Part shown: positions 10,357-19,495 of the stretch, piece after piece
How the letters are laid out: each line of letters opens with the position of its first letter
How positions within the stretch are numbered: the first letter of the stretch is position 1
DNA from: Acidobacteriota bacterium
GTDB taxonomy: Bacteria; Acidobacteriota; Vicinamibacteria; Vicinamibacterales; SCN-69-37
DNA: 64,000 bases
Assembly: GCA_005799825.1 (NCBI GenBank)
Contig: SYFT01000088.1
Location: forward strand, 3,448-67,447
Direction of reading: 5' to 3'
The notes under the pieces: model-generated
Told to the model about the DNA's origin: nothing
Databases searched by the model: none
What the model saw: only the letters and a program-made list of their open reading frames with translations
Made by a program: the position numbers and the translations under genes

Positions 10357-11235
10357 GTGTCAGTGAACACCCGCCAGGTCATTCGTCCCCGCACCGGCCA
10401 TCGTCCCCGTAAACGTTTTGGCCAGCACTTTCTGGCGGATGCGTGGGCCGCGAAAGTAGTCAAGACCATCGACGTCCAGCCACAGGATGTGCTCCTCGAA
10501 ATTGGGCCCGGTGCTGGCGCGATCACCATTCCCCTGGCTGCCACGGGAGCGCCAATCCTCGCCGTGGAAATTGACCGCGACCTGGCCGGCGATCTCGCCA
10601 GACGGGTGCCTCCGAATGTCAGCCTGATCACCGCAGACTTCCTGCGCTATGACGTTGTGTCGTACCTCACCGCACTTCAGCCCAGCCGCCCACCCTCCAC
10701 CAGCGATGATCCTGCAGCGCCTCGCCGCTTTCGAGTGGTCGGCAATTTGCCGTACAATATCTCGTCGCCGGTGCTGTTCCGGCTGATCGAACTGTCCCGG
10801 GCACACGCCCTCTTCACGGACGCCACACTCATGGTGCAGCGCGAAGTAGCGGACCGGTTGGTCGCCAAGCCCAGCACGAAGGCCTACGGCGTGCTCAGCG
10901 TCTTCGCGCAAATTTACGCAGACATTGAGCGCACACTCGACCTGCCGCCCACAGCGTTCTCACCGCCGCCGAAGGTCCGCTCCAGCGTCGTACGGCTCAC
11001 CTTTCGGCGCAGCAAGGTGCGCATCGGGGACGAACTCGTGTTCCAGCAGGTGGTCAAGACGGCGTTCATGCAACGCCGAAAGATGCTGTCGAATGCCCTC
11101 AAGCACTTCGACCCGACCGCACCGGCCGTGCTGGCACTCGCCGGCATTGACGGCACGCGCCGGCCCGAGACGTTGACGCTGGCGGAGTTCGCCAAGCTGA
11201 CCGAGCTGTTTGTCTCAGTCCGCACCTCGCTCTGA
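10357..11235 (+). CDS. rsmA: 16S rRNA (adenine1518/1519-N6)-dimethyltransferase
   Basis: RKRFGQHFL N-terminal signature, LEIGPGAGAIT SAM motif and GNLPYNISSP motif. Confidence 0.9.
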   Translation: MSVNTRQVIRPRTGHRPRKRFGQHFLADAWAAKVVKTIDVQPQDVLLEIGPGAGAITIPLAATGAPILAVEIDRDLAGDLARRVPPNVSLITADFLRYDVVSYLTALQPSRPPSTSDDPAAPRRFRVVGNLPYNISSPVLFRLIELSRAHALFTDATLMVQREVADRLVAKPSTKAYGVLSVFAQIYADIERTLDLPPTAFSPPPKVRSSVVRLTFRRSKVRIGDELVFQQVVKTAFMQRRKMLSNALKHFDPTAPAVLALAGIDGTRRPETLTLAEFAKLTELFVSVRTSL

Positions 11236-11270
11236 TCAGACACTCGCTCTGATCAGGCTCTGACCAGGCC

Positions 11271-11299
11271 TTGTACGACCAGATCCCCTGTGTTATAGT
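11271..11299 (+). promoter_or_regulatory. Candidate sigma-70 promoter for rnj (TTGTAC-17 nt-TATAGT)
   Basis: -35 TTGTAC (11271-11276), exactly 17 nt spacer, -10 TATAGT (11294-11299). It sits about 160 nt upstream of the rnj start in one of the few real intergenic gaps. Confidence 0.4.
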
Positions 11300-11461
11300 T
11301 CGCGTGTCTTCCTGCCTGTTTTCCGGGTCTTCCCAGCGACCCACAGGTCGGGCACATTGACTGACTGAACGACGCACCCGCGTCGTAGTCCTGCCCTTTG
11401 CAGGCGAGCTTCCGCTCGCCAGGGGGCTGGTGTCCGAGCGAGAGATTGAGGGTCGCTGTCG

Positions 11462-13144
11462 ATGATGACGGCTCAGAGTACTGCGGTCGGCGCGCCTGCC
11501 GTCGAGGTCATCCCTATCGGGGGCCTCGGTGAGTTCGGCATGAACATGATGCTTGTCTCCTGCGGGGATACGGCCCTGCTGGTGGACGCCGGCGTCATGT
11601 TTCCAGAGCCTGAACTCTTCGGGGTCGATCTGGTGATCCCGGATGTTGCAACGCTCGACATGTACAAAGGCCGCATCGCGGCCCTCATTCTCACGCACGG
11701 TCACGAGGACCATATCGGCGCCGTGCCGTATGTGGTACCCCACTTCGACGGCCCAGTCTACGGGTCTCCGTTCACGCTCGCCATGGTCATGCCTAAGCTC
11801 GACGAACATGGCGTGGACTACGACGGCCGCCTGATTTCAGTCGCGCCACGACAGCGCATCGAGATCGGACCTTTCACAATCGAATTTCTGCGCGTCACCC
11901 ACAGTATTCCCGACGCGATGGCGCTCGCCATCCACACTCCTCAGGGAGTTATTCTTCACACGGGCGACTTCAAGATCGATCACACGCCGCTTGATGGACA
12001 GCGCTTCGATCTTCACCGGCTCGCCGAGCTTGGCGCCCAGGGCGTGCTCGCCCTCTTTGGCGACAGTACCAACGCCGACACGCCGGGAGTCACGGGCTCC
12101 GATCGCGATGTCATCCCTGGGTTCGAGGAGATTTTCAGTAGCGCGCCCGGCAAGATCATCGTGGCATCCTTCTCCACGTCCATCTTCAGGATGCAGGTCC
12201 TGGTGGACATGGCCGATCAGTTTGAGCGCAAGGTGGCGTTTGTCGGCCGTGGGATGGTCCGCAACTCTGAGACGGCGCTGCGCCTGGGCGCCCTCCGCAT
12301 GCCCGGCGGGCTTCAAATCACCGACAGCGACATCCGCGACTACGATCCGCAGGATATTCTCTGCCTCTGCACGGGGTCACAAGGCGAGCCCATGGCCGCT
12401 CTCCCCCGCATCGCCATCGACGACCACCGTCACGTCAAGATTGAAGACGATGACGTAGTGGTGTTTTCGGCCAGGGCCATTCCGGGCAACGAAAAGGCCA
12501 TCGGCCGGGTGATCAACCATCTGGCGAAACGGGGCGCCGAAATCATTACCGACGGCATGAAACACGTGCACGTTTCGGGCCACGGGTCCGCCGAAGAGCT
12601 GAAACTGGTCCTTTCCCTAGTACAGCCCCGGGTGTTCGTGCCGATACATGGGGAGTATCGGCAACTCGCCCAACACGCCCGGCTGGCCAGGGCGGTGTGC
12701 CCTGCGACATCGGTGCAGATGCTGGAGGACGGAGATGTCCTGCGATTTGATGCGACAGGGGCGAAAGTCGTGGGGCGGATTCAGACCGGCCGGGTTCTTG
12801 TGGACGGCACCCGGATGGGCGAAGTGGGTGATGAGGTGCTGCGCGACCGGCGCCACCTCGCCGGCGACGGATTGATCGTGGCAGTGGTGGCCATCAACAG
12901 CCAGACCGGGGAGCTCGAACGCACCCCCGAGGTCATTGCACGAGGCATGGCCACCGATCCCCGCCTGGACGACCTGCTGCGGGACGCTCCGGCGCTGCTC
13001 ACGTCGGCGTTGGCGGAAGCGCCACGGGAAGAGCGCACCGACCCGGGGTTGGTGAAAGAACGCATTCGGCTCGAAGTGCAGCGGATGTTCCGCAGGCGAG
13101 CCGGCCGGCGCCCCATGGTGCTGCCGGTCGTGATGGAGATCTAA
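11462..13144 (+). CDS. rnj: Ribonuclease J
   Basis: 560 aa. Metallo-beta-lactamase motif THGHEDHIGA, beta-CASP region and the typical RNase J N-terminus IPIGGLGEFGMNMM. Confidence 0.9.
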   Translation: MMTAQSTAVGAPAVEVIPIGGLGEFGMNMMLVSCGDTALLVDAGVMFPEPELFGVDLVIPDVATLDMYKGRIAALILTHGHEDHIGAVPYVVPHFDGPVYGSPFTLAMVMPKLDEHGVDYDGRLISVAPRQRIEIGPFTIEFLRVTHSIPDAMALAIHTPQGVILHTGDFKIDHTPLDGQRFDLHRLAELGAQGVLALFGDSTNADTPGVTGSDRDVIPGFEEIFSSAPGKIIVASFSTSIFRMQVLVDMADQFERKVAFVGRGMVRNSETALRLGALRMPGGLQITDSDIRDYDPQDILCLCTGSQGEPMAALPRIAIDDHRHVKIEDDDVVVFSARAIPGNEKAIGRVINHLAKRGAEIITDGMKHVHVSGHGSAEELKLVLSLVQPRVFVPIHGEYRQLAQHARLARAVCPATSVQMLEDGDVLRFDATGAKVVGRIQTGRVLVDGTRMGEVGDEVLRDRRHLAGDGLIVAVVAINSQTGELERTPEVIARGMATDPRLDDLLRDAPALLTSALAEAPREERTDPGLVKERIRLEVQRMFRRRAGRRPMVLPVVMEI

Positions 13145-13156
13145 GGAGCGCAACCG

Positions 13157-15514
13157 GTGGCTGATACTGCAGGTTCTCGACGCGTAAGCGAAATCACAGG
13201 GGTAGTCCTCTTCGCGGTGATGATCATCTGGTTCATCGCCCTGATGAGTTACACACCCACCGACCCGACGTGGTTTTTCAACAACGGCACCGGCACGGAC
13301 GCGGTCAACTTTGCTGGTCGCATCGGCGCGTTCGTCGCGGAACTCTCATTCCAGCTCCTTGGCTACGCGGCCTACCTGATTCCTGCCGCGCTGTGCATCG
13401 TGGGCTGGCGCGCGTTCTGGTGCCACACGATCGATGCGGCGTACACCAAGCTCGTCGGCGGCGGCCTCTTCTTTCTGTGCACCGCGGCGCTCCTGTCACT
13501 CGCGTTCGGCGTATTCGCGCCCAGCGCGCGTCCCTTCGCGGCCGGCGGTGTGGTCGGAGAGTTGCTGTCGTCAGCCATGGTGGCGTATCTCGCGCGAACC
13601 GGAGCCGTCGTGTTGCTCATGGCGCTCATGGCGCTCTCGGTGATTCTCGCCACGCAGTTTTCGTTTGGCCGGGCCTCTGAAGCGGCCGCCGGTGCCGTGC
13701 GCGTACACTCCACGGGACTCTGGGCCGGCTTCCAGGCTCGTCAAGCCGAACGTCGGCGCGTGAAAGAACGCCAGCAGATTGTGGACAAACACGTGAAGCA
13801 GGCCGGGCGCGACAAGGCACCCGAAATTGCCATCAAGGCAGCCGACGCAGCGGCGGTGCTCAAAGCCGCGCGCCAGACATCGCGCGTCGAGGCCGAAAGT
13901 GAACCCGACGTCCTCGTCGCACCGGGCCCCGGCGGCCGTCCAGCCGCGAAGCCTCCCGCGATCAAGCGGACCCAGCCCACCACACCCAGCCTGCCGCTTG
14001 AAAACCGCGAAGTGCGGCCGCTGCCCGAGCGGCGCAAGGGCGAATACGTGATGCCGCCGCTGACGCTGCTCGATAGCGCAAAGGCCTCGCAGAAAGTCGA
14101 CGAGCGGGAACTGATGGATTTGGCGCGACAGCTCGAAGACAAGTGCCGCGAGTTTTCTGTTGAAGGCACAGTCGTGCAGATTCACCCCGGCCCAGTCGTC
14201 ACCACGTTTGAATTCAAGCCAGACGCGGGCGTCAAATACAACCGCATCACCGGCCTTGCCGAAGACCTCTGCCTCGCCATGCGCGCCGAGTCGATTCTCA
14301 TCGATCGCATCCCCGGCAAGTCTACCGTTGGCATACAGATTCCGAATGCCACGCGCGAACCGATCTCCCTGCGTGAGTTGCTCGAATCAGACGGCTACAC
14401 CCGCTCCGCCTCGCGCCTGACGATGGCGATGGGGAAGACCATTCATGGTGAGCCGATGATGACCGACCTAGCGTCGATGCCGCATTTGCTGATTGCCGGC
14501 TCCACCGGCGCGGGCAAGTCGGTGAGCGTCAACGCGATGCTCACCAGCATCCTGTATCGCGCGACGCCAGACGAAGTGCGCCTCATCATGATCGACCCTA
14601 AGCGACTTGAGCTGGGCATGTATGAAGACATTCCCCACCTGATGACGCCGGTAGTGGTGGACCCCAAGCAGGCGGCCAACGCCTTGCGCTGGGCCGTCCG
14701 CGAAATGGAGGAGCGATACAAGACGCTCGCCAAGTCGGGTGTGCGCAACATCGAGCAATACAACCGAAACATCAAGGCCATGCTGGCCGAGTTGAAGGAC
14801 TCACAGAAGGCACAGGCTGAACAGGAAGCGGGCGAACCGCTCAAGATTCTCCCCTTCATCGTCGTCATCATCGACGAATTGGCAGACCTGATGATGGTGG
14901 CCAGCAAGGAAGTGGAAGAATCGATCGCACGATTGGCGCAGATGGCGCGCGCCGTCGGCATCCACCTGATTCTCGCCACGCAGCGGCCATCGGTGGATGT
15001 CATCACGGGCCTCATCAAAGCCAACCTCCCGGCGCGTATCGCGTTCCGTGTGGCGTCGAAGATCGACTCACGCACCATCCTGGACGGCAACGGCGCCGAG
15101 CAACTGCTGGGCAAGGGCGACATGTTGTACCTCGCGCCCGCATCTTCTCGGTTTGTCCGCGTGCATGGCCCCTACATCTCCGAGCAGGAAACTGCGCGCG
15201 TATGCAGCTTCCTGCGCAAACAGGGTAAACCCGTGTACGACACCTCGATTACGGCCGAGGAAAAAGCGAGCCAGCACCTGGAGTTTGAAAAAGACGATCT
15301 GTACGATGAGGCGGCCCGCATCATCGTCTCAAGTAGACAGGCGTCGATTTCGTATTTGCAGCGACGGTTGCGTATCGGATTCAGCCGTGCCGCGCGCCTG
15401 GTGGACATGATGGAGATGGACGGCATGGTGTCGCCGGCCGTCAACGGCAAGCGTGAAGTCCTCGTAGAGTCCAACTACTTTGAGGAAGTGGACGCGCAGC
15501 TGAGAGAAGTATGA
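13157..15514 (+). CDS. ftsK: DNA translocase FtsK/SpoIIIE
   Basis: 785 aa. N-terminal TM helices, linker, motor domain with Walker A GSTGAGKS, and a C-terminal gamma (winged-helix) domain SISYLQRRLRIGFSRAARLVDMME. Confidence 0.95.
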   Translation: MADTAGSRRVSEITGVVLFAVMIIWFIALMSYTPTDPTWFFNNGTGTDAVNFAGRIGAFVAELSFQLLGYAAYLIPAALCIVGWRAFWCHTIDAAYTKLVGGGLFFLCTAALLSLAFGVFAPSARPFAAGGVVGELLSSAMVAYLARTGAVVLLMALMALSVILATQFSFGRASEAAAGAVRVHSTGLWAGFQARQAERRRVKERQQIVDKHVKQAGRDKAPEIAIKAADAAAVLKAARQTSRVEAESEPDVLVAPGPGGRPAAKPPAIKRTQPTTPSLPLENREVRPLPERRKGEYVMPPLTLLDSAKASQKVDERELMDLARQLEDKCREFSVEGTVVQIHPGPVVTTFEFKPDAGVKYNRITGLAEDLCLAMRAESILIDRIPGKSTVGIQIPNATREPISLRELLESDGYTRSASRLTMAMGKTIHGEPMMTDLASMPHLLIAGSTGAGKSVSVNAMLTSILYRATPDEVRLIMIDPKRLELGMYEDIPHLMTPVVVDPKQAANALRWAVREMEERYKTLAKSGVRNIEQYNRNIKAMLAELKDSQKAQAEQEAGEPLKILPFIVVIIDELADLMMVASKEVEESIARLAQMARAVGIHLILATQRPSVDVITGLIKANLPARIAFRVASKIDSRTILDGNGAEQLLGKGDMLYLAPASSRFVRVHGPYISEQETARVCSFLRKQGKPVYDTSITAEEKASQHLEFEKDDLYDEAARIIVSSRQASISYLQRRLRIGFSRAARLVDMMEMDGMVSPAVNGKREVLVESNYFEEVDAQLREV

Positions 15515-17184
15515 CCACACTGCCTCGACGCCGCATCGTGCCAGCCCACGCGCCGCGCGTCATGGGATTGCTGCTGGCTGCGTGGGCGAGCCTTGGTGCG
15601 CCTCAGGCTGCCAGCGCCCAGACGGCGGGCGCGCTGTACGAGCGCGCACAGGCCCGTGAAGCCACCGCTCGCAAGTCGCCAACGGTCTCTGGCCTGCGCG
15701 CTGCCACGAGCACGTACGAGCAGGTGGTGCTGCGTTACCCGCGAAGCGGTTTCAGCGACGACGCGTTGTGGAACGGCGCGCTGACGGCCCGATTTACCTG
15801 GGAACGGTTTCGCCAGCCGGCGGACCAGGCCACAGCCACGCGACTCTTCAACACGCTTCGGCGCGAGTACCCCACCAGCAAGTGGAGCGCGCAGGTTCAG
15901 GCTCAATTGGGAGGGCTTTCACAACCGGCGCCATCGTCCGCAGGCCGAGCTACCATGCCTGGTGTGGCAACGCCACCTCCGGTGATCACGCCGCCTCCCT
16001 CACCACTCGCGACACTTCGAAGTGTAACGCGCACGCCTCTGCCGAGCGGTTCTCGACTGACGTTTGAATTCGACCGGGAGGTCCTGGTGGCGCCCGAGCG
16101 CATCGCCGACTCGGAGCGCTTGTTCTTCGACCTGCGAGACACCCAATTTGACGCTGGTATTGCGACACAGCTCGAAGCGTTGGCCGGCTCGGTTCTAACT
16201 TCGGCCCGCGTGGGACGCCAGGACGCCCGCACTGTTCGCGTCGTCATGGCACTGGCCGGCGCGCCGCGCCACAGCGTGTTCTGGGTCTACCACCCCTACC
16301 GCATCGTCATCGATTTGGAGGGAGAAGCCGGCACGCCGGTGACCAGGACTGCACCCGTAGCGCCTACACCGCCGCCACCGACCCCGGTGAAACCCGCGCC
16401 TGTCTCGGTGCCCATTCTGCCGCCCTCACCACCGTCAGCCACGTCGGGCGGCGACTATTCGCTGGCGCGCCAGCTCGGGCTTGGCATTTCCCGGATTGTC
16501 ATCGACCCGGGCCATGGTGGGCACGACCCGGGGGCACAGGCCAACGGGCTCGTGGAATCAGCCCTGGTGCTCGACATCGCGCTGCGAGTGGAGAAATTGT
16601 TACAGAAGCAGCCGGGCATCGATGTGGTCCTGACCCGGCGCACGAATCACTTCATTCCACTTGAGGAACGGACAGCCATTGCCAATCGCGAGGGCGCGGA
16701 CCTGTTTCTCTCGATACACGCGAACGCCGCCCGGCGCGTCGCGGCGAAGGGTGTGGAAACCTACTTCCTCAACTTCGCGACCAATGCCGACGCCGAAGAG
16801 GTGGCCGCGCGCGAGAACGCCGGCAGCAGCACGTCGATGGGCCGGCTGCCCCAATTGGTGCAGCAGATCACACTCCACAACAAGATGAAGGAGTCGCGAG
16901 AATTCGCGCAAATCGTTCAGACCAACATGGTCCGGGCGATGCGCGCCCAGAACAAGACCGTCGTGGATTTGGGCGTCAAGCAGGCGCCGTTTGTAGTGCT
17001 GATTGGCGCGCAGATGCCCAGCGTGCTGGCGGAAATTTCCTTCCTCACGAACAAGCCGGAGGCGTCGTTGCTCAAGAGCGAGGCGTACAAGCAGCGTATC
17101 GCGCAAGCCCTGGCCGACGCGGTCATAAAATATCAGGCGTCGCTGAAGAAGGTCACCACCACGGCGGCCGCGACCGGCCGTTGA
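15511..17184 (+). CDS. N-acetylmuramoyl-L-alanine amidase (Amidase_3) with N-terminal YbgF/BamD-like TPR and AMIN-like domains
   Basis: The C-terminal part has IVIDPGHGGHDPGA...SIHANA...ETYFLN motifs. The N-terminal part has TPR-type 'YP.S....A' repeats and an AMIN-like segment (VRVVMAL...YRIVIDLEG). ATGA overlap with the ftsK stop. Confidence 0.85.
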   Translation: MTTLPRRRIVPAHAPRVMGLLLAAWASLGAPQAASAQTAGALYERAQAREATARKSPTVSGLRAATSTYEQVVLRYPRSGFSDDALWNGALTARFTWERFRQPADQATATRLFNTLRREYPTSKWSAQVQAQLGGLSQPAPSSAGRATMPGVATPPPVITPPPSPLATLRSVTRTPLPSGSRLTFEFDREVLVAPERIADSERLFFDLRDTQFDAGIATQLEALAGSVLTSARVGRQDARTVRVVMALAGAPRHSVFWVYHPYRIVIDLEGEAGTPVTRTAPVAPTPPPPTPVKPAPVSVPILPPSPPSATSGGDYSLARQLGLGISRIVIDPGHGGHDPGAQANGLVESALVLDIALRVEKLLQKQPGIDVVLTRRTNHFIPLEERTAIANREGADLFLSIHANAARRVAAKGVETYFLNFATNADAEEVAARENAGSSTSMGRLPQLVQQITLHNKMKESREFAQIVQTNMVRAMRAQNKTVVDLGVKQAPFVVLIGAQMPSVLAEISFLTNKPEASLLKSEAYKQRIAQALADAVIKYQASLKKVTTTAAATGR

Positions 17185-17198
17185 TCTAAACTGGAGAG

Positions 17199-17477
17199 GT
17201 GTTCCTTCCCCAGGAAGCCAAACCGTTCATTGTTGAAATTATCCGTCCTTCGACCGAGGAACTGACGGTGGTGGACGTCCTGGTCGGTGCGTTAAGTCTG
17301 GCAGGGGCATTCGCCGTCGCAGCCGTGCCGCTGGGGATTGCCGCAGGCTACATCTTGATTCAGTGGAACCGCCGGCGGCGGCCGGAATCACACCACATGC
17401 CCCACATCAGCCCATCGCTCCAGAGCCCCCAGCAGAGTCACGACCCTACTCCACCGGGGTCAGGCCCAACTCGATAA
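17199..17477 (+). CDS. Possible small membrane protein (weak call)
   Basis: 92-aa ORF with one hydrophobic helix (VLVGALSLAGAFAVAAVPLGIAAGYILI). GTG start directly abuts GGAGAG, which is poor spacing. The 3' end overlaps pepA convergently. Confidence 0.3.
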   Translation: MFLPQEAKPFIVEIIRPSTEELTVVDVLVGALSLAGAFAVAAVPLGIAAGYILIQWNRRRRPESHHMPHISPSLQSPQQSHDPTPPGSGPTR

Positions 17478-18951
17478 ACGTGCGGACGGCCGCGCCCGTG
17501 GCCCCTGTGGGCTGATAGGGACGCCGCTCGTCCAGCCACGCGGTGCCGGCAATGTCGAGGTGCGCCCACGGCACATCTTTGACGAACTCGCGCAGAAACA
17601 TCGCGGCCGTGTTTGCACCGGCCCATCGTCCGGCCGAATTCGCGATGTCAGCAATGTCGCTGCGAAGCATGTCGCGGTAGTCATCGTGCAGTGGCATCGG
17701 CCACAGGCGATCGCCGGCGCGTTGACCGGCGCTCCTGACGTGATCGGTCCATACCTCGGGCGTTCCGAACAGGCCAGACGCGACCCGGCCCAGCGCCACC
17801 ACGCAGGCCCCGGTCAATGTCGCGGCATCCACGAGGTGAGTGGCCCCCAGTTGCTGGGCGTACCACAACGCGTCACCGAGGATCAGTCGGCCTTCAGCAT
17901 CTGTGTTGATAATCTCTACGGTCGTGCCGCTTGCCGCCACCAGCACGTCTCCGGGCCGAATGGCGCGTCCACCCACCGCATTTTCAGCCATCGGGATTAC
18001 GGCCACGACACGCCGCGGTGCCTTCAGCACCGCCAACGCACACATGGCGGCTGCCACCGCCGCACCACCTGACATATCGAGCTTCATCCGGTCCATGCCG
18101 TCGGCGGGTTTTATCGAGACGCCTCCGGTGTCAAACGTAATGCCCTTGCCGACAAACCCGAGTACGGGTGTCTCGGGCGCGCCAGGCGGGTCGTGACGAA
18201 TGACGACCAACCGCGGTGGTTCGGCGCTCCCCTGCGCCACGCCCAGCAGCAGGCCCATTTTGAGTTCACGGATGCGATGCTCATCGAGCACTTCCACTGA
18301 CAGACCAACGCCACTTGACATCTCGGCCACGCGCTTCGCAAACTCGATCGGCGTCAGCACATTGGCCGGCTCATTCCCCAATGCGCGCGCAAGGTTCGCC
18401 GCGTGTCCGATGGTGCGGCCCTTAAACACGGCGTCCGATAGCGCAACCGGGTCCGCCCCGGGCGCCAGGATCACCACACGTTCCGGAAACGCTCCGGCCG
18501 ATCGATCCGCCGTCTTTCTCGTGCCGCCATCGAACTCAGCGGCAGAAAACCCGTCGGCGCTGAACTGTGCCGCCGGACGCACATCGAGTCCCGCCCGCAC
18601 CACCAGGCCCGCGCTTTGCACCGAGCGCAATCGCGCAGTGTAACTGCACACCGCCGCCACCCGGCGCAATCGTTCCGGATCCGCGTCACTGCGCCGACCG
18701 GCGCCGACCAGGACCACACGGGTGGCGCGATACGACGCGCCCGCCGCCACGCGGGTCATGAAGCACTCGAACGCCCCCCCGCGGAACTCACCGCCAGCGC
18801 GGGCCCGGCCGATGTCGCCCAGCGTCGCCTCGTTCAGGCCTGGCAAGTCATCAAGACTGTCTTCGCCGTCGAACACAGGGACAAACAACATGTCGACGTC
18901 CACCGCATCCGGCGTGGTCACTGCACCGACAAACTCTGGCGTTCCGTTCAC
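17446..18951 (-). CDS. pepA: Leucyl aminopeptidase (M17)
   Basis: 501 aa. NTDAEGRL motif, GKGITFDTGG and other M17 signatures. Confidence 0.9.
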   Translation of the reverse strand: MNGTPEFVGAVTTPDAVDVDMLFVPVFDGEDSLDDLPGLNEATLGDIGRARAGGEFRGGAFECFMTRVAAGASYRATRVVLVGAGRRSDADPERLRRVAAVCSYTARLRSVQSAGLVVRAGLDVRPAAQFSADGFSAAEFDGGTRKTADRSAGAFPERVVILAPGADPVALSDAVFKGRTIGHAANLARALGNEPANVLTPIEFAKRVAEMSSGVGLSVEVLDEHRIRELKMGLLLGVAQGSAEPPRLVVIRHDPPGAPETPVLGFVGKGITFDTGGVSIKPADGMDRMKLDMSGGAAVAAAMCALAVLKAPRRVVAVIPMAENAVGGRAIRPGDVLVAASGTTVEIINTDAEGRLILGDALWYAQQLGATHLVDAATLTGACVVALGRVASGLFGTPEVWTDHVRSAGQRAGDRLWPMPLHDDYRDMLRSDIADIANSAGRWAGANTAAMFLREFVKDVPWAHLDIAGTAWLDERRPYQPTGATGAAVRTFIELGLTPVE

Positions 18952-19032
18952 GTGCCTCCCCGTGCCTCTCTGCTATCCGTACAACTGAAAACTGCTCTAG
19001 ACTGGTTTCATACTGTGAGAGGAAGAGGACGT

Positions 19033-19464
19033 ATGATATCCCGCCGGACGGGCGCCCTAGCGCTGCTTTGCACCACGATCCTCCTGATTCAGCCCGGCCT
19101 GTGGGCGGACCAGGACAAGGGCCGCCCCAAGGCGGCCCTCCGGGTAAACCCTGCCCTTGTGTTCCCGCCGGCCCGCATTGTGGCCACGGCTGAATTGACT
19201 GGGGGGGCCAACGACTATCAGGACTACTACTGTCCGAAAATCGAGTGGATCTGGGGCGACGGCACGCAGTCCGAGTCGGGTGAAGACTGCGATCCCTACG
19301 AGGTCGGCAAGAGCGAAATCCGCCGGCGCTATACGGCCGACCATAATTTCTCCAGCGACCCCATGTCAGGCGGTGCCGGCAGCTACGAGGTCATCTTCCG
19401 AATGAAACAGGGCACAAAGATCGTCCTCAGCCTGCGGCAGACGATTAAAGTCCAAGGTACTTAG
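19033..19464 (+). CDS. Secreted PKD-like domain protein
   Basis: 143 aa after trimming to the ATG at 19033. Signal peptide MISRRTGALALLCTTILLIQPGLWA. WIWGDGTQSE...YTADHNF...GSYEVIFRM resembles the PKD signature WxFGDG...HxY...GxYxV. Confidence 0.55.
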   Translation: MISRRTGALALLCTTILLIQPGLWADQDKGRPKAALRVNPALVFPPARIVATAELTGGANDYQDYYCPKIEWIWGDGTQSESGEDCDPYEVGKSEIRRRYTADHNFSSDPMSGGAGSYEVIFRMKQGTKIVLSLRQTIKVQGT

Positions 19465-19495
19465 GAACTGGGGAACTGGGGAACTTAGGAACTGA
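19464..19495. repeat. Four tandem octamers GGAACTNN
   Basis: GGAACTGG GGAACTGG GGAACTTA GGAACTGA followed by GTTCC. Spans the 20-nt gap between two convergent stops and the last codons of the acetoacetyl-CoA synthetase gene. Confidence 0.8.

Noticed and set aside
19464-19495. Short tandem repeats as a possible CRISPR array (also 11227-11267 and 61313-61333)
   Set aside because: The units are 7-17 nt with no spacers of unique sequence, and there are no cas genes. These are microsatellite-like arrays, not CRISPR.
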